Positions 10,414-20,184 are shown, numbered from the stretch's first letter. The stretch: 60,214 nucleotides of DNA from Minisyncoccia bacterium (GCA_038230075.1 JBBRNV010000002.1:1-60214), one strand, 5' to 3'. The notes: generated from the letters alone by a model not told the origin. Translations and numbers: made by a program.

Positions 10414-11232
10414 TTACTCAAATTGAGCATTCCAGACTGCTCCTGGTTCTTTATCACCAAAAATTATACCATTTTTTTTGAAGTAATTAACAAATTCGTT
10501 GAGGATAACTGTTCTGTTTGCTTCAATTTCGTTTAATTTTTTTATTGAAAGAATACCTTTCGCTGGATCGTCTTTATAATTAACAATTGCGCTAAGTGTT
10601 GAATAGGCCAAACTCAGGTTATTCACAAAACTTAAATGAGTGTCTGCCATTTCATAAGGAACTTTTACTTTAAGTAGATTTTGTACGTATTTTTTATAAA
10701 ATTCTATTGAATCTGCATCTGTCATCTCAGTAGCTCCGTTTTGAAAGAGTGCCCATGCGTTTATTTGAGCATTTACGATACCATTTCCATACGCTTTGAT
10801 GTCACTTTCTGATCGTGCGGTAAACATATTGATGTCAGCTTGACCATATTGTAAAGCTTTTATATCAACAGAAGAGTTGTTCAAAGCAGCATTAACCATT
10901 TCATCTTGGGACATGTTATTACTTTCATCATTTGGGTCTAAATTGCTAAATGTTGAGTATAGGCTTTGTGAAATTTGATTACTCAAGTTGTTTCCATCAA
11001 GATATTTGTTTGTTGTGCTTGAAATACTATTAACGGTTGTGGTACCACTCCATAATCCTTGGTCTAAACTTGTTGTAGACGTGTTGAATATTTGCGAAGG
11101 ACTTACAACCGTTAGGCTTATTTGGTCGAGCTTCTTTTCGCCGAAGTGATTTGTAATAAAATCTTTACCGAAAGCGGTGTATGCAAAAAATAATCCAAGC
11201 AGGCAGACTACAATAAGTATCAGTCGCTGCAT
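10414..11232 (-). CDS. Membrane-anchored hypothetical protein
   Basis: Start MQRLILIVVC (N-terminal TM); helical remainder. Confidence 0.65.
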   Translation of the reverse strand: MQRLILIVVCLLGLFFAYTAFGKDFITNHFGEKKLDQISLTVVSPSQIFNTSTTSLDQGLWSGTTTVNSISSTTNKYLDGNNLSNQISQSLYSTFSNLDPNDESNNMSQDEMVNAALNNSSVDIKALQYGQADINMFTARSESDIKAYGNGIVNAQINAWALFQNGATEMTDADSIEFYKKYVQNLLKVKVPYEMADTHLSFVNNLSLAYSTLSAIVNYKDDPAKGILSIKKLNEIEANRTVILNEFVNYFKKNGIIFGDKEPGAVWNAQFE

Positions 11233-11291
11233 TGGTTTCGAAGGAAGAGATATCACGTCAAAAGTATATCATAATGTGTTATACTTTTTTC

Positions 11292-12182
11292 ATGATTTTG
11301 TACACAAAAGATTCTCTGAGATTTGCTCTTGGATCAATTCTTGGTTTGTCACTTCTTTATTTTGGTGCGGCCACTCTTGGTGTGTTTGGAGAGACTTCAG
11401 TTACCATTGTTTCGAACGAGCCACGTGTAAATTCCCACAATAACTCCACAATCTCAACAAATGTTATCAGTCAGATGACAGCAAATTCAATAAATGCAGG
11501 GATTCGTCTTGGAAGTACTGGAGAATCAGTTAGATACCTTCAAATGCTACTAAATAGTGGTGAAGACAACCCCGTTGCACTCACGGGAGCTGGCTCGCGA
11601 GGCTTAGAAACAACATATTTTGGCCAAAGGACTCGCGCAGCCCTCATTGTTTTTCAAAGAAACCATGGTTTACAGCCAACGGGCATAGTTGATGGCCCAA
11701 CTGAAATTCTTATTGATTCTTTGATTGAAGAGGTTCTCAATAGAGAAAGTAGTACCTCGACTCAGGTGGTAAGTGGGACGCAGTCAATTAATGTAGAGAC
11801 AGGAAGTTTTGCAAATACTGCTCCAACATCAGCAGACGCACCTCGAATCATCTCAATTAGTCCCGCAGAAGTGTATGACGGCAATAATATCGTTATTTCT
11901 GGGGCTAATTTCGAATCAGTAAATACAGTTAACACAACTTTTGATGTTTTTCAAAATGTGCCGTTAGTTAATGGAACACTCTCGATCCCCTTCCACTCAG
12001 TGTTGCAACAGAAGATCGACGATGAAATAAGAAAGGCTGGTAGTGGGAAAGATCAAGAACGTGCTCGAAATGCTATGAGAACATACATGACTCAGAATTC
12101 TGTAAATATTCCACTTATGATCACTGTTTCAAACAGCAAAGGAAGTAGTAATATGTATAAAATAGTAATGAAAATAAAATAA
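11292..12182 (+). CDS. Peptidoglycan-binding domain protein with IPT/TIG-like domain
   Basis: IRLGSTGESVRYLQMLLN, YFGQRTRAALIVFQRNHGLQPTGIVDGPT; PRIISISPAEVYDGNNIVISGANF. Confidence 0.8.
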   Translation: MILYTKDSLRFALGSILGLSLLYFGAATLGVFGETSVTIVSNEPRVNSHNNSTISTNVISQMTANSINAGIRLGSTGESVRYLQMLLNSGEDNPVALTGAGSRGLETTYFGQRTRAALIVFQRNHGLQPTGIVDGPTEILIDSLIEEVLNRESSTSTQVVSGTQSINVETGSFANTAPTSADAPRIISISPAEVYDGNNIVISGANFESVNTVNTTFDVFQNVPLVNGTLSIPFHSVLQQKIDDEIRKAGSGKDQERARNAMRTYMTQNSVNIPLMITVSNSKGSSNMYKIVMKIK

Positions 12183-12183
12183 T

Positions 12184-12609
12184 ATGAATGCATTCGCCAA
12201 AGGATTTTTAATGTCAGGACTTCTTTCTCTAGTTTGTGCTGGTTTTTTAATTAATATTAAATATAAAGATGCATTGGCTGCCGCTGAAGTGGTGCGAAGT
12301 CCTTTTGCTGGAACAATTTTAGTTTGGCTGCCATGTTGTAATGGAATTTTGATGTATACAAGCCCTACTATTGAAGAACCATATCAAGCTCGAAATATAA
12401 AGTTGTTCCCCTACTATCTCATGGAGCCTGTGGAAGCTTCAGGAATTGGTTTATATGATGCTTGGGTATTCACATATGGCTCAGGAACACTTGGAAGTGA
12501 AGTTGCGCTTTCAAATGCTTGTGCACAAATTGCATACTACTGTATTCCAGCTTCAACACCGGTAAATACTGTTTTTCAGATGGGAACATCTATTTTGCCA
12601 GCAGTATAA
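12184..12609 (+). CDS. Small Cys-containing secreted hypothetical protein
   Basis: Signal/TM; SPFAGTILVWLPCCNG; CAQIAYYC; 1 nt after upstream gene. Confidence 0.6.
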   Translation: MNAFAKGFLMSGLLSLVCAGFLINIKYKDALAAAEVVRSPFAGTILVWLPCCNGILMYTSPTIEEPYQARNIKLFPYYLMEPVEASGIGLYDAWVFTYGSGTLGSEVALSNACAQIAYYCIPASTPVNTVFQMGTSILPAV

Positions 12610-12624
12610 TTACAGATCTCTTCT

Positions 12625-13440
12625 CTATAGTTCAATTGCTAACTTTTTCCACACAAGTATTTTTATTTCTTGCGCTCTTATTTTTAAATCAATAGTAAGT
12701 TTCTCAAATACTTTTGAAAGTTTCTTAGAGTCATATCCTGCTTCTCGTAAATTTCCAATTAACACTTTTCTTTTATGAGCAAATCCTTTATGAAGGAGTT
12801 CAAAGAATTTTTCTTCTGAAATATCTTCAAAAAAACTATTTGAAATATCTGAAATTGAAATAATTGCTGAATCGACTTTGGGTGCTGGTGAAAAATATTT
12901 TGCATGCACTGTTTCAATATATTTTGGTGTTCCATATGCTTTTACTGAAAGTGACAAAAGTGAATCTCCAATTTCCTTTCCTCTCGAGCGCGCTACAATT
13001 CTTTCTGCCACTTCTTTTTGCACAAGAAGTGTCATGAGTGAAGGTTTATTTTTTGTCGTCAGTAATTCACGAATGATTTCTCCTGTGATGTAGTAAGGAA
13101 TATTTGCCACTACTTTGTATATTCCACCACCCATTATCATTGCTTCATCAATTATCTTTTCTCTTGTTTCTGTATTAAGTATGTCACCATGGATAAGAAA
13201 TAGTTTTTTATTTTGTATCGCCTCACTAAACTTTTGTTCCAAAACTTCCATGAGACGATCATCTTTTTCAATGGCAAATACTGTCGCACCTGTCGAAAGT
13301 AGTGCTTCAGTTAATGCTCCTTTTCCTGGGCCTATTTCAATAACAATATCTTTTTCAATAAGTGACGAGGCTTTAGTCATGCTTTGTAAAGCCTGTTTCG
13401 ATTTGAGAAAGTTTTGTCCAAGAGATTTTTTAGCGAGCAT
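12625..13440 (-). CDS. rsmA: 16S rRNA dimethyladenosine transferase KsgA
   Basis: KKSLGQNFL, EIGPGKGALT, VVANIPYYIT, PAPKVDSA. Confidence 0.97.
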   Translation of the reverse strand: MLAKKSLGQNFLKSKQALQSMTKASSLIEKDIVIEIGPGKGALTEALLSTGATVFAIEKDDRLMEVLEQKFSEAIQNKKLFLIHGDILNTETREKIIDEAMIMGGGIYKVVANIPYYITGEIIRELLTTKNKPSLMTLLVQKEVAERIVARSRGKEIGDSLLSLSVKAYGTPKYIETVHAKYFSPAPKVDSAIISISDISNSFFEDISEEKFFELLHKGFAHKRKVLIGNLREAGYDSKKLSKVFEKLTIDLKIRAQEIKILVWKKLAIEL

Positions 13441-13449
13441 AAAATAGTT

Positions 13450-15402
13450 TTAAAAGTCGATAAAGATAGATTTAATTCCGACGTTGTTTCGCAAATGTTC
13501 TATTCGATCTTCCTCGATATCAAAAATAAATTCTGATGGGGTGTTTATTCTTTGTTGTCCAAAGATTGTTCTAAATGAACAATGGGTAAACCAAAGTTTC
13601 TGTTTTGCCCTAGTGATGGCAACATAAAATAATCTTCGTTCTTCTTCTGCTTGTTCTGCAGTAAGACTATCTTCGAATGACCGTTTATGAGGAAAAAGAT
13701 CTGACTCCAAACCTGTCACAAACACACATTCAAATTCTAATCCTTTTGATGCATGCACTGTCATTAGTTTAATTCCCTTCTTTCGATCGATATTGTCTTG
13801 ATCTGATGCGAGGGCTGCTTCTTCGAGCATTTTTAAAATTGCCTCCTCTTGAGGAAGTTCGTCGTACTTTGTTGCGACCGTCACCAATTCTCTAAGGTTT
13901 TCAAGTTTATCTTCATCTTCGTTTTTTCCACTTTCATACATTGCTTCGAGTCCTGTAATATCAATTATTTTTTTTATGGCAGCCGAGGGTTTTTCTGCCA
14001 TTAGTATTTCTCTGATTGTTTTCAACAATTTTTTAAAAACTCGAGCTTTCTCTTGAAGTGGTTTGGGAAGTGTCGACAAATTTGTTTCTGTTCCATTTTG
14101 AGTCAAATATTCTGACATAATTATTTTTTCTTCTCCTTGTTTGCCGATGCCTCTTCCTGGAACATTAATGATTCGCTTCACATCGCTTTCCCCATCTTCG
14201 TTTAGTGACGCTCGAATATATGAAAGTGCGTCTTTAATTTCTTTCCGTTCAAAATATCGAACACCAAGCATGTCATATGGTAGACCATGTCGAATACATG
14301 CATCTTCAAGAACTCGTGATTGATAGTTTGCTCGGTAAAGTACTGCAATCTCTTGAGGATCGATACCTTGCCGAATTAAGTCAAAACATGTTGATGCAAT
14401 AAACTCTGCCTCGTCGTTCTCATCTGCCGCTCCGAATATTTTAATCTTATCTCCACCTTTTTTACTGGTGAATAAGTTTTTTTCACGTCGATGAACATTT
14501 TTTTTAATGATGTCATTCGCAGCACCTAGAATTATTTCTGTTGATCGATAGTTCTCTTCAAGAAGAACGATCTCTGCATTTGGATAATCTTTTTCAAAAT
14601 TAAGAATATTTCGAATATCAGCTCCTCTCCAGCTGTAAATATTTTGGTCGATGTCTCCTACTACACAAATATTTCTATATTTTGACCCTAATTTTTTAGC
14701 GATTAAATATTGAACTTTGTTTGTATCTTGGTACTCATCAATGTGAATATATCTCCACATCTCTTGGTATGACTCTAAAATCTTTGGATGATGCTCAAGT
14801 AGTTCTGCTGTTTTTAGAAGAAGGTCGTCAAAATCGAGAGATTTCTCTTTGTTCAAGATTTCTTCATATTTTTCCCAGACTTGCACTGTAATACTTTCAG
14901 TAAAGTCATTTGTTTTTGCATGCTGTTTAAAAAAAAGAAGGTTTCTTCCTTCACCTTTTTCTTTTGAGATTCGATACATAATATTTCCCGGATCATATTC
15001 CTTTGGATTCAACCCAACCTTTTCCATGGCGTTTTTTATGGCTCGCTTTGAATCAGAGGAATCAAAAATGCTGAAATGTCGTGGAAGACCAAAAATCTGA
15101 CTATGTTGTCTCAAAATATGTACTCCGAGCGCATGAAAAGTAGAAATAAAAGGAACAGCTCCGTCGATGTTTCTTTCGTACATATTCTTAAATACCCGTT
15201 CTCGCATCTCTTTAGCTGCTTTGTTGGTGAAAGTGATGGCTAAAATATTGTTTCCTGTCACTCCTTCAGTTTTTTTAGAAATGATGTGCAGAATTCGCTC
15301 AGTTAGTGTTTTGGTCTTTCCAGCCCCAGCTCCCGCTAGAATTAAAAGTGGTCCTTCTGTTTTTAGTACTGCCTCAGATTGCTTCGAGTTCAAAGAATTC
15401 AT
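13450..15402 (-). CDS. pcrA: ATP-dependent DNA helicase PcrA/UvrD
   Basis: LAGAGAGKT, AITFTNKAA, DEYQDTN, VGDIDQNIYSWRGA, MTVHASKGLEF, EEERRLFYVAITRA. Confidence 0.97.
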   Translation of the reverse strand: MNSLNSKQSEAVLKTEGPLLILAGAGAGKTKTLTERILHIISKKTEGVTGNNILAITFTNKAAKEMRERVFKNMYERNIDGAVPFISTFHALGVHILRQHSQIFGLPRHFSIFDSSDSKRAIKNAMEKVGLNPKEYDPGNIMYRISKEKGEGRNLLFFKQHAKTNDFTESITVQVWEKYEEILNKEKSLDFDDLLLKTAELLEHHPKILESYQEMWRYIHIDEYQDTNKVQYLIAKKLGSKYRNICVVGDIDQNIYSWRGADIRNILNFEKDYPNAEIVLLEENYRSTEIILGAANDIIKKNVHRREKNLFTSKKGGDKIKIFGAADENDEAEFIASTCFDLIRQGIDPQEIAVLYRANYQSRVLEDACIRHGLPYDMLGVRYFERKEIKDALSYIRASLNEDGESDVKRIINVPGRGIGKQGEEKIIMSEYLTQNGTETNLSTLPKPLQEKARVFKKLLKTIREILMAEKPSAAIKKIIDITGLEAMYESGKNEDEDKLENLRELVTVATKYDELPQEEAILKMLEEAALASDQDNIDRKKGIKLMTVHASKGLEFECVFVTGLESDLFPHKRSFEDSLTAEQAEEERRLFYVAITRAKQKLWFTHCSFRTIFGQQRINTPSEFIFDIEEDRIEHLRNNVGIKSIFIDF

Positions 15403-15489
15403 CTATTTACTATATCACGCAAGCTATTTTTCACTTATTTTGGCTGTATGTTTGGTAAGTTTGGGACCCAGAAAGAGCTTAAAAAGTCG

Positions 15490-15517
15490 TTGACATGCTA
15501 TCTCTCCACGGTATGAT
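15490..15517 (+). promoter_or_regulatory. Sigma70-type promoter for LysM/M23 gene
   Basis: TTGACA (15490-15495), 16 nt spacer, TATGAT (15512-15517). Confidence 0.55.
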
Positions 15518-15716
15518 TATCTCTATCAGCAGATATTCAGAGACTCCGTAAAATATTCAGACATTCTTACGACAACATAAATTTAGCCTTATTTCTAGTC
15601 ATATTTCAGACCCATCAGGTGATTCCGAGCCCCTTATACCCAACAAGGGCACTGCATTACCAGAGAGAGGTACATACTTAAAATACACTTGTGCGACCCT
15701 TGTCGCAGCCTTTGTT

Positions 15717-16667
15717 TTGTGTTCGAATTCTCCTCAGGTTTATGCTCAAATTACTCCTGATAATCTTCATACAATGGCATTACTCGAAGCATCGCCATCT
15801 CCTGCTCCCGAACGAGCGTCGAAAGTAGAAGATGTTGCTGTTATGGTAGAAGGTGTGGCGTTGGCTGCACGTCCTCAGATCATGAGTGGGGGTGAAGAAG
15901 TTTCTTTGTCTACATCAGATCAAATTAGTGTGTATTCGGTAAAATCTGGCGATACACTCTCTGAAATTGCCGACATGTTTGGAATCACCCCCAATACCAT
16001 TGTGTGGGCAAACGATCTCGATATAAAGAAACCATTAAAAAACGATCAGCAGCTCATTATTCTTCCTGTCTCTGGAGTGAAATACACGGTTAAAAAAGGA
16101 GACACACTTAAAACTGTTGCTAAAACCTTTAAAGGAGATGTCGATGAAATCATTTCATACAACAATCTTGAAAGCGACAAAGACATAACTGTTGGAGATA
16201 TTATCATCATTCCAAATGGCGAAGTTGTTGCTTTGGCTAAGAACACAACTAAAAAGAGTACAACATCAACCAAAGGAGTTGCTGGAAATGTTAAGATTTA
16301 CAACTCTGGCCTAAAAGATACTTCAGGATACTTTATGCGACCAATTATTGGTGGAGTAAAAACTCAAGGTTTGCATGGTCATAACGGAGTAGACCTTGCT
16401 AGTTCGTTAAATACTCCAATTCTAGCAGCCGCCGCAGGAACAGTTATTATTGCACGTGAGGGTGGATGGAATGGTGGATACGGTTCATACGTAGTAGTTT
16501 CTCACTCAAATGGAACACAAACATTGTATGCCCACATGAATCACACCAATGTCGAGCAAGGTCAACGTGTCGAGCAAGGTCAGGTGCTTGGATACATGGG
16601 ATCAACCGGTGACTCATCTGGAGTCCACCTACACTTTGAAGTTCGAGGAGGAATTAATCCTTTCTAA
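15717..16667 (+). CDS. LysM x2 + M23 peptidase (start uncertain; frame open from 15552)
   Basis: YSVKSGDTLSEIA, YTVKKGDTLKTVA; HNGVDLA, TLYAHM, HLHFEVR. Confidence 0.93.
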   Translation: MCSNSPQVYAQITPDNLHTMALLEASPSPAPERASKVEDVAVMVEGVALAARPQIMSGGEEVSLSTSDQISVYSVKSGDTLSEIADMFGITPNTIVWANDLDIKKPLKNDQQLIILPVSGVKYTVKKGDTLKTVAKTFKGDVDEIISYNNLESDKDITVGDIIIIPNGEVVALAKNTTKKSTTSTKGVAGNVKIYNSGLKDTSGYFMRPIIGGVKTQGLHGHNGVDLASSLNTPILAAAAGTVIIAREGGWNGGYGSYVVVSHSNGTQTLYAHMNHTNVEQGQRVEQGQVLGYMGSTGDSSGVHLHFEVRGGINPF

Positions 16668-16670
16668 TAA

Positions 16671-18155
16671 TTATCCCTCAATAAAGTTGCGAGGTCTATA
16701 TTGAATTGCTTCGTATATGTCTTCCTTAGAAACGATCGTTCTTTGCTCAATAAGTGCAATTGTTTTCGATAATTCAGATATTTTTTTCATACTTCGCGCA
16801 GAGAGCATCATTTTTTCTGAGATGGTCTCGAGGAGTGAGAGTGATTGGTGGTCGAGCGAAACCTCTGCCCTATTTTTACATCTTACTCTTTCAATAATTG
16901 CTGCTATTATTTTTCCTTCATACTTAGAAGCATTTCTACTCCTTTCATTCAAGATATTTTTATAATCAACTTCGTACACCTCGACAAACATGTCGATACG
17001 ATCGATAAGTGCAGAAGAGAATCTTCGTAGATATTTTGTTATTAATGACGGGTGGCACGAGCATTCTTTCTTTGTGCTTGATTTGAAACCGCACGGACAT
17101 GGATTAGTTGTTCCGATTAATTGAAAATCTGCAGGCAAGATTACCCTGCTTTTGTTTCGAATAATTGCAATTTTCTTATCTTCGAGCGGCTCTCTTAATG
17201 CATCGAGTGATCTTGAATCAAACTCGAGCATTTCATCGAGTAATAAAATTCCTTTATGCGCTAAGGTGATTTCTCCAAAAAACGAAGTAGAACCAACAAG
17301 GCTGGTATATGAGCATGTGTGATGTGGACTTCGAAAGGGTGGTGTGTGTAAATCTTTATCAATTAAAGTTGAAGAGTATATCTTTTTTACCTCCCTAACT
17401 TCTTTTTTATTAAGTTCGGGTAAAAGTTCAAGTGCGCATTTTGCTAAAAGTGACTTTCCTGTTCCTGGAGGTCCCCAAAGCACTAAGTTGTGTTTTCCTG
17501 CAAGAGAAATTACAAGAGATCTTTTGGTAGACTCCATTCCAATAATCGAGTCAATTTTGTATATCTTGTCATTATTTTGCCTAATATATGTGAGTTCGTC
17601 TTTGTCGCCACTTTTTGTTTTAATTAGTGTGCTGCCATTAAGATGAAACACTAATTCTCGTAAGTTTCGTATTGGTATTACTTTTGAACAATTAATATTC
17701 TCTGCTAATAATGCCTCATCATAGTTTTTGTTTGGTATATATATTTCTTTACACTTTGCTTCTATCAGTTGTTCAACCGAAGACAGGATTCCTTTTGAAG
17801 ACGAGATGGTTCCGTCTAGGTACAATTCTCCGATAAAAGCTTTATTTGTTGGATTACAGTGTAGTTGTTTGGAAGCGATTAAGTACCCTATTGCCATGGC
17901 GACATCAAAACGAGAACCTTCTTTCTTAAGCTGTGCGGGAGCCAGCGCAATAACGACTTTCTGGTTTTTTATTTTAGGTGACTCAAAGCCACTATTTTTA
18001 ATTGCGGCTGAAACTCTTTCTTTTGCCTCTTCAACTGCTTTGTCCGGTAAGCCAACAATTGAAAACGAATGTAAGCCAAGAGAAATATCTACTTCGATAG
18101 TAATAAGATGTGCGTCTACTCCTTCTGTCTGGGCGCTTGTTACTTTGGAAAACAT
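16671..18155 (-). CDS. comM: YifB/ComM-family Mg-chelatase-like AAA+ ATPase
   Basis: IVGLPDKAVEEAKERV, GPPGTGKS, PFRSPHH, LDEMLEF, NPCPCG. Confidence 0.9.
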   Translation of the reverse strand: MFSKVTSAQTEGVDAHLITIEVDISLGLHSFSIVGLPDKAVEEAKERVSAAIKNSGFESPKIKNQKVVIALAPAQLKKEGSRFDVAMAIGYLIASKQLHCNPTNKAFIGELYLDGTISSSKGILSSVEQLIEAKCKEIYIPNKNYDEALLAENINCSKVIPIRNLRELVFHLNGSTLIKTKSGDKDELTYIRQNNDKIYKIDSIIGMESTKRSLVISLAGKHNLVLWGPPGTGKSLLAKCALELLPELNKKEVREVKKIYSSTLIDKDLHTPPFRSPHHTCSYTSLVGSTSFFGEITLAHKGILLLDEMLEFDSRSLDALREPLEDKKIAIIRNKSRVILPADFQLIGTTNPCPCGFKSSTKKECSCHPSLITKYLRRFSSALIDRIDMFVEVYEVDYKNILNERSRNASKYEGKIIAAIIERVRCKNRAEVSLDHQSLSLLETISEKMMLSARSMKKISELSKTIALIEQRTIVSKEDIYEAIQYRPRNFIEG

Positions 18156-18185
18156 ATAGCACTGACATTGTGTCAGTGCTATATG
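18153..18185. repeat. Perfect 15-bp inverted repeat overlapping comM start codon
   Basis: CATATAGCACTGACA-ttg-TGTCAGTGCTATATG. Confidence 0.85.
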
Positions 18186-18222
18186 AAATATTTGTGAATT
18201 TTATGTAAACAATTTCTAAGGT

Positions 18223-18591
18223 CTAGAAAGTATTCATATGAGCCTTGCACGTTCGTGCCGAAGGATTTGCCCCGAGTCTATCTTCTTCTATAACCTCTCC
18301 ACTCACCTCGCATGTTCCATATGTTCCCGCTTCAATTCTTTGAAGTGCGTCGTGAATGTCTTGAAGTTGGCTTTGAAGATGTGAGACGAGAGAAGTATTT
18401 GTTTCAAAGTCTTCTAGTTTATTTGCAACTTCGTTTGGGTCTGCGATTCCCTCTTCTTCTTGAAGACTGCTTTTGGCGTCCCACTCGCCAACCTTTTCTT
18501 TGTTAGAAGGCACGGCAATAGTTTCTAATTCTTTCAGAATTCTGCTCTTTTCTTGTTCAAGTAATTCTTTATAATGCGCTGTATTGATCAT
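18223..18591 (-). CDS. DksA/TraR-family protein
   Basis: Coiled coil then ALQRIEAGTYGTCEVSGEVIEEDRLGANPSARTCKAH. Confidence 0.88.
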   Translation of the reverse strand: MINTAHYKELLEQEKSRILKELETIAVPSNKEKVGEWDAKSSLQEEEGIADPNEVANKLEDFETNTSLVSHLQSQLQDIHDALQRIEAGTYGTCEVSGEVIEEDRLGANPSARTCKAHMNTF

Positions 18592-18603
18592 TCCTTCATT
18601 TTA

Positions 18604-19467
18604 TCATTGAACTCTTTGCGAGAGAAGGTAGGCGTCTGTAATTTGGTCGAGCGAGTCTGGATCTTTGGTAATAACAAGAGTGTTTGAATCGATAAATGAG
18701 TACAGTAATTGAGTTTTTCCTTGAGAAGTAATAACTCGTGAATCTCGGTTGTGAATTGTTACATCAGTAAAAGATGCGAATTCGTCTATTGGTCCAAAGA
18801 GGGATGAAAATTGTTTTGGAATCGTTGCTTCCCACGTTAACATTGATGCGAATATTTGTTCGTATGTATCTGTTTTTAAGATGAGGAAAGGAACAGAGGT
18901 ACTTGCGTTTAATGAGTAACCAAAGATGTAGTCATTGATATTACGAGTGAGTACAGATGGCGGGCTCATTTCAAAGAATTCAAAGAATGATGCAAGGCTT
19001 ATTTTTGTTTCAACTCCATTTTGTGGCATCGTGGGAACAATTTGAAATATTTGTTTTTTCCCCTGATTCTGTCCAATGAATCTTTCTCGTGTATTATTGA
19101 TGTTTTGAATTACTTCCTTATTGCTGAATCCAGAGAAAGAAATATTTTGTGTTTGATTAACGGTTATAATATTTTTGGCGATAACCACTTCTTTCGGAGC
19201 AATCTTTAGTGTGTATTGATAATAAAGATATCCTCCAACACCACAGGCAATGAGTATACACAAAAGACTAAGTGAAAGAAGAATAATGTTTCTTTTGTTT
19301 GCAGGAGATCTTCCTTGTTCTATTTGATTCTCAGCATCTCCTCTTTTTTGTTCAGCTAGTGCAATTTTGAAAGCAGAAATATTATCTTTCTGCACCGCGT
19401 CTGCGACATCACTTCGAAGAGTTCTAATGTTTGGAATCGGTTTTTCTACTGGGTCTTGAGGATCCAT
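18604..19467 (-). CDS. Single-TM hypothetical protein
   Basis: IRTLRSD N-terminus; one TM at about aa 60-83. Confidence 0.7.
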   Translation of the reverse strand: MDPQDPVEKPIPNIRTLRSDVADAVQKDNISAFKIALAEQKRGDAENQIEQGRSPANKRNIILLSLSLLCILIACGVGGYLYYQYTLKIAPKEVVIAKNIITVNQTQNISFSGFSNKEVIQNINNTRERFIGQNQGKKQIFQIVPTMPQNGVETKISLASFFEFFEMSPPSVLTRNINDYIFGYSLNASTSVPFLILKTDTYEQIFASMLTWEATIPKQFSSLFGPIDEFASFTDVTIHNRDSRVITSQGKTQLLYSFIDSNTLVITKDPDSLDQITDAYLLSQRVQ

Positions 19468-19471
19468 TCCC

Positions 19472-20131
19472 CTATTCTACTGAATTATATGATTCATCAC
19501 TAGTGGTATCTGAATTTTCTGAGTCACGAGAAAGCCTTTCTGTTGGAGGAGTGTCTATTGAGTCTCCAGAATCAGACATTTTTCTTTTTACAATTCTTCG
19601 TCGTAGTTTTGTTGGTCCGGCATTGTAATTCATTAAGTACTTTTTAGGATCATCACACATGTCGATGAAGTCATCGGCAACTTCTTTGAGTTTTCCTGAT
19701 GATGACTTTCCAAATGAAATAACTTCTACCTGGCAACCTTCATTTATTTGAAGATATTCAACGAGCGGAATGAAGTCTCCATCCCCTGAAGCGATGATAA
19801 CGGTGTCTAACTTTGGAGCTAGTTTAATTGCATCAACTGCAAGACCTACGTCCCAGTCTGCTTTCTTTGCTCCACCCATAAAAACTTGAAGATTTTTAGT
19901 CTTTGTTTCAATTCCTAGCTTAGAGAGAGCGTCGAAAAAGTTTTTTTCATCTCCTGCTTCTGTGGTGATCACATAGGCTACTGCTCTAATTAGAGCTCGG
20001 TTTCCCAATGCTTCTGTAAGTATCGCGCCAAAGTTTACTCGGGCATGATATAAATTTTTTGCGCTGTGATAGAGATTTTGAGTATCAATAAAAACTCCAA
20101 CGCGCTGTTCTTTGTGTTTAATAACGGCCAT
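19472..20131 (-). CDS. NYN (LabA/DUF88) domain protein
   Basis: VFIDTQNLY, KKADWDVGLAVD, SGDGDFIPLV, ADDFID. Confidence 0.9.
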   Translation of the reverse strand: MAVIKHKEQRVGVFIDTQNLYHSAKNLYHARVNFGAILTEALGNRALIRAVAYVITTEAGDEKNFFDALSKLGIETKTKNLQVFMGGAKKADWDVGLAVDAIKLAPKLDTVIIASGDGDFIPLVEYLQINEGCQVEVISFGKSSSGKLKEVADDFIDMCDDPKKYLMNYNAGPTKLRRRIVKRKMSDSGDSIDTPPTERLSRDSENSDTTSDESYNSVE

Positions 20132-20184
20132 AAAATTCAGGCCAACGAAATTATATTAAAAATAAAAGTGAAATTATCAACTAA

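Noticed and set aside
15524-15716. Known c-di-AMP or c-di-GMP riboswitch
   Set aside because: Consensus blocks not recognisable; kept only as an unknown leader
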